From contig CAYZOT010000010.1 in NCBI GenBank assembly GCA_964480515.1, forward strand, positions 32,634-96,633: a DNA stretch of 64,000 nt. The letters are read 5' to 3'. How positions within the stretch are numbered: position 1 is the stretch's first letter; each line of letters begins with the position of its first letter. The stretch is from an uncultured Gemmatimonadota bacterium. GTDB lineage: Bacteria > Gemmatimonadota > Gemmatimonadetes > Palauibacterales > Palauibacteraceae. The position numbers and the translations under genes are program-made. Shown in pieces: positions 8,681 to 18,068 of the stretch. Under the pieces are notes generated by a model. The model saw nothing but the letters and a program-made list of their open reading frames with translations. It ran no database searches and was not told where the DNA came from.

Positions 8681-9655
8681 TTGAACACAAAAGATGATCC
8701 TTTGGCCCAAAGTGAGTTCTCACCCTGGGCAGGACTAGGACTCGACGAATGGGGGGGCACGGCCGAGGTCTTTGCCTCCCTGCTGTCGAAGATCGGGGTA
8801 AACCAAGAAAACGTAGATGACCTCGTCGTAGCCGTCCGTGCATCCATCAGGGGTGCACTCGCCGCGAAAACTCACTATGGCACCAGCCTCAAAGTTCACA
8901 ACAAAGGGGGGGGAGAGCCGGTAACAGAAGCTGATCATGCTTCCAATCAGGCAATCCTCCACATTCTTCGAGAGACCTGTCCGGAAGACCTCATTCTTAG
9001 TGAGGAATCAAGAGCACCAAGCAAGGTCGCGAATTGTGACCGTATGTGGATCGTAGACCCCCTAGACGGAACGAAAGAATTCATCGCACAAAACGGCGAA
9101 TTCTCCATTATGGTCGGACTCGCTCGTGAAGGACGATCGTTCTTGGGTGCGGTGTGCCAACCGACAATCGGACGAATATTCGTGGGTCTCACCGAGGGGG
9201 GCGCATGGACCCTGTACACTGTGGATGGCGAGTGGAATGTTGATCAACTCGAGGTCAACCCTAACCTCAATACGCGGGGACCCCTCCGATTTGTCCGCTC
9301 TCGCTCGCACCCGAATGAATGCTTGGCCAGTATCGCCCGCGAATTGGGCGACATTAAGGAGGTGATTTCAGGCTCGGTCGGCGTAAAGTGCGGCCTTGTA
9401 TCCCGTGGAATGGCAGATCTCTACGTTCACCCGACACGACATCTTAAGGAGTGGGACACTTGTGCTCCTGAGGCGATTCTTCGAGGAGCTGGTGGCCTAG
9501 TAACCGACTGTGCCGGAAAACCGCTATCATACGGTGACCACGACCCGCATCAGCATGGTGGGATCTTTGCCGGAACGCCGGCAGCTTGGCATCGCGCACA
9601 GCCAGTCGTACGTAGGATTGCTCGATCCATGTTCGCAGATGTAGCTGGAAGCTAA
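8681..9655 (+). CDS. cysQ: 3'(2'),5'-bisphosphate nucleotidase, CysQ / inositol monophosphatase family.
   Basis: WIVDPLDGTKEF metal-binding motif and the EPVTEAD motif. The ORF begins with TTG 8681 and has a roughly 40-aa N-terminal extension relative to typical CysQ, so the start is uncertain. Confidence 0.7.
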   Translation: MNTKDDPLAQSEFSPWAGLGLDEWGGTAEVFASLLSKIGVNQENVDDLVVAVRASIRGALAAKTHYGTSLKVHNKGGGEPVTEADHASNQAILHILRETCPEDLILSEESRAPSKVANCDRMWIVDPLDGTKEFIAQNGEFSIMVGLAREGRSFLGAVCQPTIGRIFVGLTEGGAWTLYTVDGEWNVDQLEVNPNLNTRGPLRFVRSRSHPNECLASIARELGDIKEVISGSVGVKCGLVSRGMADLYVHPTRHLKEWDTCAPEAILRGAGGLVTDCAGKPLSYGDHDPHQHGGIFAGTPAAWHRAQPVVRRIARSMFADVAGS

Positions 9656-9665
9656 AGAGGATCTA

Positions 9666-10328
9666 TTGAACGAAGATACTGGCGATGTAAAACAACAGCG
9701 TTCAACAAACGTGACATGGGTTGAAAGCGCAGTCACTCGAGAGGCACGCGAAAACCGACGTGGGCACCGAGGTGCGGTGCTCTGGTTCACAGGCCTTTCG
9801 GCGAGTGGCAAAAGCACACTGGCGACGGAAGTCGAAAAAGAACTCTTTTCGGAAGGGTGTTTTTCATACGTGCTAGATGGGGACAACTTCCGACACGGCC
9901 TCAACGGCGATCTCAATTTCTCGCCTGAAGACCGTACGGAAAATATTCGTCGCGTGAGTGAGGTGGCAAAGCTATTCGCAGAATCGGGTGCTCTTGTTCT
10001 GACGGCGTTCATCTCTCCGTATCGTCGCGATAGAGATCGGGCGCGTACCCTCGTGACCCGGCCCCAGGACTTCATCGAGATCCACGTATCGTGTCCTGTA
10101 AACGTTTGTGAGGCCCGAGACCCCAAGGGGCTCTATAAGAAGGCTAGAGCAGGTGAAATCCCTAACTTTACCGGGATCGATGCTCCCTATGAAAAACCGC
10201 GAGAGGCTGAGATCACTGTGGAAACTGACGTTCACGATGTCAAAGCCTGTGCCCGACAGGTAATCGGATTTTTGCGGACACATGAATACATCTCCCAAAA
10301 GCCGCAACCACGCTCAAACAAAGGCTAA
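9666..10328 (+). CDS. cysC: Adenylylsulfate (APS) kinase.
   Basis: P-loop GAVLWFTGLSASGKSTLA and overall APS-kinase architecture. It lies directly upstream of sat. Confidence 0.85.
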   Translation: MNEDTGDVKQQRSTNVTWVESAVTREARENRRGHRGAVLWFTGLSASGKSTLATEVEKELFSEGCFSYVLDGDNFRHGLNGDLNFSPEDRTENIRRVSEVAKLFAESGALVLTAFISPYRRDRDRARTLVTRPQDFIEIHVSCPVNVCEARDPKGLYKKARAGEIPNFTGIDAPYEKPREAEITVETDVHDVKACARQVIGFLRTHEYISQKPQPRSNKG

Positions 10329-11475
10329 GAACGTGAGCGGCCCGATCGAGCCCTATGGAGGCAGACTCGTTAACCGAGTCACCGATGACGAAGCACTGAC
10401 CGGTGAGACTGAGGTATTACCCACAATTCAGATCACTCCCCGCATCTTAGCGGATCTCTATATGATTGCAGTCGGTGCGCTATCTCCGCTTGAGGGGTTC
10501 ATGGATTCTGCCACATATGAGAGCGTCCTCGAGACCATGAAATTAACAAGCGGGCTCCCTTGGTCGATCCCCGTGGTGCTACCGGCAACCCAACAAGAGG
10601 TTGCTGAATTCCACGTCGGTGATAGGGTCGCTCTAATTGCACCCGATGGTACACTAGCCGCCAAGTTAGACGTAACAGAAGTCTTCGAGCATGACTTCGC
10701 CCGTGAGGCTCTGAGTGTGTACGGGACTGAAGATGCCGCACACCCGGGAGTTGCTGCACTTCAAACATTTGGACCGAAGTGCGTCGCAGGCTCCATTCAC
10801 TATGTATATGCAAACGACATCTCCGGTTTCCCATCCGACAACCTGACACCAGCTGAAACACGCGTTCGATTCGATGAAGCAGAATGGGGCACAGTGGTCG
10901 CCTTCCAGACACGGAACCCGATTCACCGGGCACACGAATATCTCCACAAATGTGCACTCGAGATGGTAGAGGGATTATTGATTCATCCGTTGGTTGGAGA
11001 AACCAAGCCCGATGATCTCCCAGCCGACATTCGTATGGAATCCTACCGAACGATACTTGACCTGTACTATCCAAAAGATCGTGTGCTTTTGAGCGTCCTT
11101 CCCGCAGCCATGCGTTACGCGGGTCCGCGCGAAGCGATTTTCCACGCCATAATCAGACGCAATTACGGCTGCACCCACTTCATCGTGGGTCGCGACCATG
11201 CTGGAGTGGGCAATTACTACGGGTCCTATGATGCACAGGAAATCTTCGATGAGATTGATGCCGACCTGCTCGGGATCGTTCCCCTTAAGTTCGAACACGC
11301 TTTCTGGTGCACTCGCACGGGTCAAATGGCCTCGAACAAGACGAGTCCTTCAACACCCGAAGAGCGCGTATTTCTATCTGGGTCTGAAGTCCGAGAGATG
11401 CTATCACGGGGCGAGCGTCCACCAGTCGAATTCACGCGACCGGAAGTCGCGGACATCCTCATGAAGATGTATTAG
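10282..11475 (+). CDS. sat: Sulfate adenylyltransferase (ATP sulfurylase), monofunctional Sat type.
   Basis: QTRNPIHRAHEYL (QTRN/HRAH) motifs and GRDHAGV. It overlaps the cysC end. An alternative GTG at 10333 sits 4 nt after the cysC stop. Confidence 0.85.
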   Translation: MNTSPKSRNHAQTKAKNVSGPIEPYGGRLVNRVTDDEALTGETEVLPTIQITPRILADLYMIAVGALSPLEGFMDSATYESVLETMKLTSGLPWSIPVVLPATQQEVAEFHVGDRVALIAPDGTLAAKLDVTEVFEHDFAREALSVYGTEDAAHPGVAALQTFGPKCVAGSIHYVYANDISGFPSDNLTPAETRVRFDEAEWGTVVAFQTRNPIHRAHEYLHKCALEMVEGLLIHPLVGETKPDDLPADIRMESYRTILDLYYPKDRVLLSVLPAAMRYAGPREAIFHAIIRRNYGCTHFIVGRDHAGVGNYYGSYDAQEIFDEIDADLLGIVPLKFEHAFWCTRTGQMASNKTSPSTPEERVFLSGSEVREMLSRGERPPVEFTRPEVADILMKMY

Positions 11476-12242
11476 AACAGCCCTACTGAGACCCCCAACC
11501 CAATAAGGAAAAAATCCGCGTCTGATACAAGCGACCGAACCCGGCTCCCTTCCCTATCGTCCACGATACTTCCCTCGACCAGATATTCCGTCTGATCATG
11601 CATCCGGTACTGAGTGTCGAAACTGATGAAAATAGGAACCCCACGGCTCTTTAGAACGTGAATCTTGACACCGCCCCCAATCCCATAACCCATAACCCAA
11701 TCGTTAAAGTTGGTCGTGGATGAGCCTTCCAGGTCCTGCCCTCCCATGGCGAGTCGGGTATCCGTATAAAAATAGCCAACTCCAAAGAAACCATTCACGT
11801 AGGGACGAATTCGGCCTGTTGAGAAGTCGACTTGTGGGCCAATACCGACGGACAGGATGTTATTCCGTGTCGTCAAGTGCGATGAAACACGGTCCGTTTC
11901 GTCAAACAAGCGAACTGCAATTATCTCTTTCCCATAGTTTATAAAACCACCCGCCAAGCGAATCCCAAACAAGGAAGAGATCCGCCCAGTTGCATCGAAC
12001 CCGACCTGGAAGTGCCCTCCGCCGGGAGGAACATTAGCCGCAAAATCACCTTGTAGAATCGCGGCACCCAAGTTCATTCCAAGCGTTAGCCGTTCCGTTC
12101 CACCACCTTCTTCTTGCTGCTCTTCACCCTGGGGGTTCTGGCCATCGACAGATCCCGGAAACACGGTGACTAAGACCAGAAGCACAAAGATGCGACTTGT
12201 AAGAAGGTGAGTGTGACAATTGTTCATCATTAAACTCGGCAT
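11472..12242 (-). CDS. Outer-membrane beta-barrel protein (OmpA-like / porin-family barrel).
   Basis: N-terminal signal peptide (LLTSRIFVLLVLVTVFPGSVDG) and alternating amphipathic strands. The C-terminal GVSVGLF ends with an aromatic residue. Confidence 0.5.
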   Translation of the reverse strand: MPSLMMNNCHTHLLTSRIFVLLVLVTVFPGSVDGQNPQGEEQQEEGGGTERLTLGMNLGAAILQGDFAANVPPGGGHFQVGFDATGRISSLFGIRLAGGFINYGKEIIAVRLFDETDRVSSHLTTRNNILSVGIGPQVDFSTGRIRPYVNGFFGVGYFYTDTRLAMGGQDLEGSSTTNFNDWVMGYGIGGGVKIHVLKSRGVPIFISFDTQYRMHDQTEYLVEGSIVDDREGSRVRSLVSDADFFLIGLGVSVGLF

Positions 12243-12249
12243 ATTTCAT

Positions 12250-13065
12250 CTAGAGTTCGATAGACCCTGTCAGATAAAGGACAGCCTCTCCCCCGATCGC
12301 CACACGATCTCCGAGGTACTGGCATGCGAGTTGACCACCTCGAGCACTAATTTGACGTGCGTCCATCCAAGTGTCACCACGATTAAGCCGCTCGGCCCAA
12401 AAAGGAATGAGCGTGCAATGCGCGGATCCAGTCACTGGATCCTCTGGAAAACCATCGAGAAGCGCTGGACTGAAGAATCGAGATACAAAGTCCGAGCTAA
12501 GGCCCGGCGCCGTCACAATAATGCCAAGCCGATCAATCGTTCGGAGGCGGAGAAAGTCCGGCTTAAGTTTTCGCACATCATCTTCCGTTTCGAAAACAAC
12601 CAAATAATCACGCTCAGCCGCCAGAACCTCCACTGGTTCTGCACCCAGACCTTCTATAAGCGCTTTGGGAGCCTCCTTAGAAAAAGCGAGTTTGCTGGGA
12701 AAGTCCAGAACTAAAAGCCCGTTCTCGCCACGGCGGACCGAGAGCGCCCCGCTCCGGCTATCGAAGCTTACGGCTTCCTGCGATGGTTTAAGGACATTGA
12801 GAATGACCCATGCAGAAGCGAGCGTCGCGTGTCCACAGAGATCCACTTCTGCTACAGGCGTAAACCACCGCAACCCGTATCCACCGTTCTGAGCAACAAA
12901 GAAGGCCGTCTCTGATAAATTGTTCTCCGCTGCGATCCCCTGGAGTACGTCGTCATCCAACCACTCATCAAGTGGACAAACAGCTGCAGGATTGCCACTA
13001 AAGAGTTTGGTTGAGAACGCATCTACCTGGTAAAGCGGGATCCTCATGTATCCTCCATTGTCCAT
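12250..13065 (-). CDS. PhzF-family isomerase (phenazine biosynthesis PhzF/YddE-like).
   Basis: MRIPLYQVDAFS...GNPAAVCPLD...ETAFF motifs are characteristic of the PhzF family. Confidence 0.75.
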   Translation of the reverse strand: MDNGGYMRIPLYQVDAFSTKLFSGNPAAVCPLDEWLDDDVLQGIAAENNLSETAFFVAQNGGYGLRWFTPVAEVDLCGHATLASAWVILNVLKPSQEAVSFDSRSGALSVRRGENGLLVLDFPSKLAFSKEAPKALIEGLGAEPVEVLAAERDYLVVFETEDDVRKLKPDFLRLRTIDRLGIIVTAPGLSSDFVSRFFSPALLDGFPEDPVTGSAHCTLIPFWAERLNRGDTWMDARQISARGGQLACQYLGDRVAIGGEAVLYLTGSIEL

Positions 13066-13252
13066 ATCAATTTGAAAGGCACGTCAGGTGATTGTGAGAA
13101 TGGTTACAGCAGATTGTCGGGATCGTCACCAGCCATTCCCCAGAGCCCGTTGAATGCTTTATGAAATATACGGCGTTGTTCACATATATGCGCATTGGGA
13201 ATACTTTTCCGGAACCATAAATTACTGAGGTCAAGAGACACGGAGATGAGAC

Positions 13253-13597
13253 ATGTCAACTAGATTGGTGGCGCAGGAGTGCATTCCATGCCGAGGGGGA
13301 ATCCCTCCACTTAGAGGCACCGAGTTAGCCCAACTTGCCGAGGAATTGGGATCGGACTGGGAGATCATCGACGAGCATCACCTGGAAAAAGAGTTCGCCT
13401 TTCCAGATTTCGTTACTGCACTCGCGTTTGTGAATCGCGTTGGAAACCTCGCTGAGGAACAGAATCACCACCCTGATCTTATGCTTTCTTGGGGGCGAGC
13501 CATGGTCCGTATATGGACACACAAGATCGATGGGCTCACCGAAAGTGATTTTGTATTCGCGGCGAAAGCCGCGAAGCTGTTCGAAGAACCTCTATGA
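13253..13597 (+). CDS. Pterin-4a-carbinolamine dehydratase (PCD/DCoH).
   Basis: EQNHHPDL signature (E-x-x-HHP), and size of about 114 aa. Confidence 0.75.
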   Translation: MSTRLVAQECIPCRGGIPPLRGTELAQLAEELGSDWEIIDEHHLEKEFAFPDFVTALAFVNRVGNLAEEQNHHPDLMLSWGRAMVRIWTHKIDGLTESDFVFAAKAAKLFEEPL

Positions 13598-13604
13598 CCA
13601 GTCT

Positions 13605-14783
13605 TTATGCTGAGAAGCTCAAAAGCACTTCGCGTAAAGCGTCAATATCAGACGCATCGTTATAGACGTGAGGAGATATGCGGAGCGCATCTCCCCGCAA
13701 TGAACAGTACACACCTGCTTCTATGAGTTTCGCCTGCAATGAATCAAGGTCCCATCCTTCTGGAAGTCGAACGCCGAGCATATGCCCTGCCCGCCAGAAG
13801 TCATCCTCCATGGCCCAACCCTTCTCTCTAAGCTCATTCGTAAGATTCTCCAGAAGAGCGATACAGTAAGCGCGAATATCGGCAGGTTCCCAAGCACTAA
13901 TACGGTCCAGAGCCTCTATCATCATTGGGACCAAAATGAAGTTGGCTGTCTCTCCCACGTCGTAACGAACAGCCCCAGGACGATACTGATCTGTATAATC
14001 GACGAGAGCCTGAAAATCCTCCGACCCTTCTCGTGCAAAACAGTTCTCTTCTAGAGGAATCCCATCGTCAAAACGCTCACCGAAGTGTCCCAAAGCCATC
14101 GAATATGGCCCAAGCAACCATTTATATCCGACCGTAATGAGCGCGTCTGGCTGAATCTCATCTAAATTGAATGGAACCGCACCAATAGATTGAGACCCAT
14201 CAACAATCAGAGCTGCCCCCACCTCTCTCGCACGCTTTCCGACGGCCACAAGATCAATCCGAGTACCATCCGTCCAATGACAGTGCGGAAGGGCTACAAC
14301 AGCAGTCCCCGGCCGAATGGCATCAAGCAAACGTTCATTCCACCGTGCCGCCGATGGCGGCGGTCCTGGTCGGCGCACCGTAAACAGCTCACACTCATTC
14401 TCCGCCGAAAGCCGTCGCCAGATATAGACGTTGCTCGGGAACTGTTCCTCAAGAATGACAATCCGTTGACCTCGACCCAGTGGGAGGTTGCGAGCAGCAG
14501 CGGTCACGCCATATGAAGCTGACGGCATAATCGCGACTCGCTCTGCCCCCCCCCCGACCAGCGCAGAAAAACGTGCGCGGAGATGATCACAACCGGAAAA
14601 GAACTCACTACTAGGAAATGGCGTTGGAGATCGTTTGGTTTGGAGGCCAGCGATGCCAGCCATCTCTACGGACCGGGGAATCGGACCTAAATACGCACAG
14701 TTGAGGTAGTGCGTACTGTCATCGAGCTGAAACTGATCCTTCTGACATGTGAACGGTGCAACCTTTGTGACAGTCATATTCAA
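13605..14783 (-). CDS. Class V aminotransferase-fold PLP-dependent enzyme (cysteine desulfurase / isopenicillin-N-epimerase-like).
   Basis: GYKWLLGPYS PLP-lysine motif. Its start ATG overlaps the menE stop (ATGA). Confidence 0.6.
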   Translation of the reverse strand: MNMTVTKVAPFTCQKDQFQLDDSTHYLNCAYLGPIPRSVEMAGIAGLQTKRSPTPFPSSEFFSGCDHLRARFSALVGGGAERVAIMPSASYGVTAAARNLPLGRGQRIVILEEQFPSNVYIWRRLSAENECELFTVRRPGPPPSAARWNERLLDAIRPGTAVVALPHCHWTDGTRIDLVAVGKRAREVGAALIVDGSQSIGAVPFNLDEIQPDALITVGYKWLLGPYSMALGHFGERFDDGIPLEENCFAREGSEDFQALVDYTDQYRPGAVRYDVGETANFILVPMMIEALDRISAWEPADIRAYCIALLENLTNELREKGWAMEDDFWRAGHMLGVRLPEGWDLDSLQAKLIEAGVYCSLRGDALRISPHVYNDASDIDALREVLLSFSA

Positions 14784-16234
14784 TCCTTAGTTGCAGCCAT
14801 AATACGGGAACGAACTCGCGTTCGATCAACTTTTCCGTTCACCGTATGTGGTAGTTCTTCAACAACAAACAAGCGTCTTGGAGTTTTGGGGCTAGAGAGC
14901 TGATCACGAACCCATGTGTCCACTCGGCGAGTCAGGTCTCTCCCATCCCCTACTATAACGGCGGTCACCACCTCTCCCCATGTATCGTCCGGAATGCCGA
15001 GCACACATACCTCAACCACATCGGGGTGGCGGAGCAAGGCAGCCTCAACCTCGTCAGGATCAACGTTAACTCCTCCAGTAATGATTTGGTCACTCCGGCG
15101 GCCAGCGACACAAAGGCATCCCGAATCATCGAAAAACCCGAGATCGCCAGTCGAAAACCACGACACCGGGTCGCGTGGAGTGTCTCCTCCATACCCAAGA
15201 AATAAGGTTGATCCAGACAATTCAATCTCCCCATGAGCCGAGCTGCCGGCGCTGGTAACCTCTGGAGAGGCAATGCGGACATTAATACAAGAAAGAGGTG
15301 GGCCGACGGACCCTCCTCCTCTAGCCACCTCAACGGGTGGAGCGACCGAAACCTGTGACCCCGCCTCCGTCATCCCATACGTAAGCGCGATTGGCCACCC
15401 TGCTGAAAGGGCCCGCTCTGTCAGTGAAGGGGGCGTGGCCGCACCGCCAATCAGTACGACCTCAAGGCTTTGTGGAGGCGATGGCTCTATATCGAGTATG
15501 GCCTGTAGCATCGCGGGCACAAGTGACACGTGGCTTGCCTTCCACTTTTCAATTGCCTCAAGGACACGTTTCGCTTTAAAGCGGGACGGGCCAAAGGCAA
15601 GAGTAGATCCGGCTCGAGCTGTGCGAAGTAAAACGCCGAGGCCTCCGATGTGTGACCAGGCCAGGGTTGCTAACCAGGTGTGACCTGTACTGAAGCACAA
15701 GCGTTTGTTCGCCTCATCTGCATTTCGCGTGAGCGCTGACCATGAGTGGCAAACAAGCTTCGGCTTACCGCCGCTGCCTGACGTCCACATAGCTACATCC
15801 GTACCATCCGAAAGCGCGAGCGTGGAATCTTGAGAATTGGTATCGCTCGTGCGGGACCAAAGCGATACTGGGTCGAAATTTGGCAATACAATGCGTCTTT
15901 CACTCCAACCATCACTGACCCAATCCCACCCCGCAGGTGACAGAATAAGCGATGGATTTACTGCATCGATGAAGACATCTCGCTCGGCTGGCGTCCAACT
16001 CGGATGGCCTAGAACAAGAGGTAAGCCAGAGGTCGCTATCGCATGCACCGCCAAGGCTCCAGCAGCCTCGAGCCCGAAAACATGGGCAACTGGTCGTCTC
16101 AACGTTTTGACCGAAGATTTGATCTCCGCAGCGAGCTCATCTGATGCAACCGAAAGTTCACCGTATGTCCAGGACCGCTGCCCTGCTGTCAGTGCCGGTT
16201 CCTGGAGTCCAGCTGCAGGGGTGATCAAATTCAC
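14780..16234 (-). CDS. menE: O-succinylbenzoate-CoA ligase (AMP-binding enzyme).
   Basis: TSGSGGKPK, YGMTE, TGD and GKVDR adenylation motifs, in menaquinone operon context. The track ORF starts at TTG 16399, 169 nt inside menA. The GTG at 16234 overlaps the menA stop (GTGA) and gives a typical ~484-aa MenE. Confidence 0.7.
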   Translation of the reverse strand: MNLITPAAGLQEPALTAGQRSWTYGELSVASDELAAEIKSSVKTLRRPVAHVFGLEAAGALAVHAIATSGLPLVLGHPSWTPAERDVFIDAVNPSLILSPAGWDWVSDGWSERRIVLPNFDPVSLWSRTSDTNSQDSTLALSDGTDVAMWTSGSGGKPKLVCHSWSALTRNADEANKRLCFSTGHTWLATLAWSHIGGLGVLLRTARAGSTLAFGPSRFKAKRVLEAIEKWKASHVSLVPAMLQAILDIEPSPPQSLEVVLIGGAATPPSLTERALSAGWPIALTYGMTEAGSQVSVAPPVEVARGGGSVGPPLSCINVRIASPEVTSAGSSAHGEIELSGSTLFLGYGGDTPRDPVSWFSTGDLGFFDDSGCLCVAGRRSDQIITGGVNVDPDEVEAALLRHPDVVEVCVLGIPDDTWGEVVTAVIVGDGRDLTRRVDTWVRDQLSSPKTPRRLFVVEELPHTVNGKVDRTRVRSRIMAATKD

Positions 16235-17157
16235 CAGATACAACCCAGAGCGAACAAGAACCCATAGGCTCCAGTTGTCCTCGCGGTCGCAGCTAATGCT
16301 GAGTTCAGTTCCCGCGGATCCTCGTAAGTCCACACAATCCTGAGTGAAGAACCCACGGAAACCAGAGCCCCCAAGCTGAGTAAAACGAGGATTGGCCAAT
16401 CAAACCAGACCGTACCAAGGACGGGTACGGCCGCGGCTATGAGAAGCAGAAGCGTGTATTCAATTTGAGTAGATCTCTTACCTATAAAAACCGCAAGCGT
16501 GCGCTTACCCGCCACACGATCAGTTGAGTGGTCACGTAGGTTATTTACGACAAGGATCGCCGTGGTGAGAGCACCAACGCCAAGGCCTGCAAGGAGAGTG
16601 CCATGATTCCAATTTAAGGCCTGCACATAATATGTACCGGCGACAGCGATGGGCCCGAAGAAGACCATCACGAACAGATCGCCCAAGCCATGGTACCCGA
16701 ACGGCCATGGGCCGCCAGTGTAGCAAATACCTGCCGCAATCGAAGCGAGGCCAATCGTAACGACAGGCCAGCCTCCTCTCCAAACAAGGTAGGTACCAAT
16801 GACAATAGCCAAGGCAAAGGACAGGACTGCACCTCCGCGAACCGCAGCCGCTGTGAGTTGTCCAGTCTGAGTCATCCTTGGATCACCGAGGCGTGCCTCA
16901 GTATCTACCCCGCGAACAAAGTCGGAGTAGTCATTTGCGTAGTTCGTCCCCGCTTGTATTAGGATCGCTGCAGCCAGTGCTGCCAGGAACGGGAGAAAGA
17001 TGAACTGGTCATCCGCCCACGCGAGCCCACTGCCCACTAGAACCGGACCTATAGCAGCGGGAAGAGTCCGTACCCGGGCTGCTGCGATGCCCGCTCGAAC
17101 TTTTGTAGTGCTTTCCACGGCGTTTATCCCCGGAAGAATTTTGGTTAGGGGCGCCAC
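16231..17157 (-). CDS. menA: 1,4-dihydroxy-2-naphthoate polyprenyltransferase.
   Basis: UbiA-family membrane protein whose N-terminus ([15 protein letters not shown]) matches the MenA start region. There is a GTG start at 17157, and GTG 17118 is also possible. Confidence 0.8.
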   Translation of the reverse strand: MAPLTKILPGINAVESTTKVRAGIAAARVRTLPAAIGPVLVGSGLAWADDQFIFLPFLAALAAAILIQAGTNYANDYSDFVRGVDTEARLGDPRMTQTGQLTAAAVRGGAVLSFALAIVIGTYLVWRGGWPVVTIGLASIAAGICYTGGPWPFGYHGLGDLFVMVFFGPIAVAGTYYVQALNWNHGTLLAGLGVGALTTAILVVNNLRDHSTDRVAGKRTLAVFIGKRSTQIEYTLLLLIAAAVPVLGTVWFDWPILVLLSLGALVSVGSSLRIVWTYEDPRELNSALAATARTTGAYGFLFALGCIW

Positions 17158-18005
17158 GGATATTTTCGAAAGTCCGGGGAACGCTTTTCGAGAAACGCGT
17201 TCCGTCCCTCCTGCCCTTCTTCAGTCATATAGAGGAGCATGGTTGCGTGTCCGGCTAGCTCCTGGAGACCAGCTTGCCCATCGCAATCCGCATTGAAAGC
17301 TGCTTTGAGAAAACGAATTGCAAGCGGGCTCTTACCAAGAATCTCCCTTGCCCAATCCACTCCTTCCACCTCTAGGTCGGCTAACGGAACGACCTTGTTG
17401 ACCAATCCCATCTGCTCGGCTTCCTCCGCTCCGTATTGGCGGCAAAGGTACCAAATCTCGCGCGCTTTCTTCTGTCCAACAGACCGCGCCAGATAGGAGG
17501 ATCCAAATCCACCGTCAAAGCTGCCCACCTTCGGTCCTGTCTGACCGAACACAGCGTTATCTGCCGCGATACTGAGATCACACACGACGTGGAGCACGTG
17601 GCCACCACCAATCGCATAACCGGCCACAAGTGCAATGACGGGCTTCGGCATTGACCGGATCAAGCGCTGAAGATCAAGCACATTGAGACGAGCTACACCA
17701 TCCTGGCCAACGTAACCGGCCTCGCCCCGAACCCGCTGGTCCCCTCCTGAGCAGAAGGCCCACTTACCATCTTTTGATGGACCGTTCCCCGTGAAAAGGA
17801 CAACACCAATCTTTTCATCATCACGAGCATCATGGAATGCCTCGTACAACTCGAAAAGAGTTTCGGGACGAAAGGCATTTCGAACTTCGGGACGATTAAA
17901 TGCTATACGAGCAATTCCTTCGGATTTGTGGTAGGTGATATCCTCGTAACCCTTAACCTCCTCCCAAGTAACATCACTCACCGGTAACACTACCGATTCA
18001 CTCAT
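17145..18005 (-). CDS. menB: 1,4-dihydroxy-2-naphthoyl-CoA synthase.
   Basis: Crotonase-fold protein with MenB-specific length and motifs ([18 protein letters not shown]). Confidence 0.85.
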   Translation of the reverse strand: MSESVVLPVSDVTWEEVKGYEDITYHKSEGIARIAFNRPEVRNAFRPETLFELYEAFHDARDDEKIGVVLFTGNGPSKDGKWAFCSGGDQRVRGEAGYVGQDGVARLNVLDLQRLIRSMPKPVIALVAGYAIGGGHVLHVVCDLSIAADNAVFGQTGPKVGSFDGGFGSSYLARSVGQKKAREIWYLCRQYGAEEAEQMGLVNKVVPLADLEVEGVDWAREILGKSPLAIRFLKAAFNADCDGQAGLQELAGHATMLLYMTEEGQEGRNAFLEKRSPDFRKYPWRP

Positions 18006-18068
18006 ATGTCAAGCTCTCCGTTTCTATACCGAGGTAATCGCGTTTAACCTTCCCTCTGTCCCTCCACC

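Noticed and set aside
11400-12300. The plus-to-minus orientation switch near 11.47 kb, together with ftsK 17 kb away, suggested a replication terminus or dif site.
   Set aside because: The convergent genes overlap, so there is no room for a 28-bp dif. Orientation switches occur elsewhere (PCD, the ppiD-like gene). One window cannot establish GC skew.
14780-16399. The 539-aa form of the AMP-binding protein as a possible fusion or extended MenE.
   Set aside because: The extension depends on a TTG 169 nt inside menA and encodes non-conserved sequence. GTG 16234, coupled to the menA stop, gives a canonical-length MenE.
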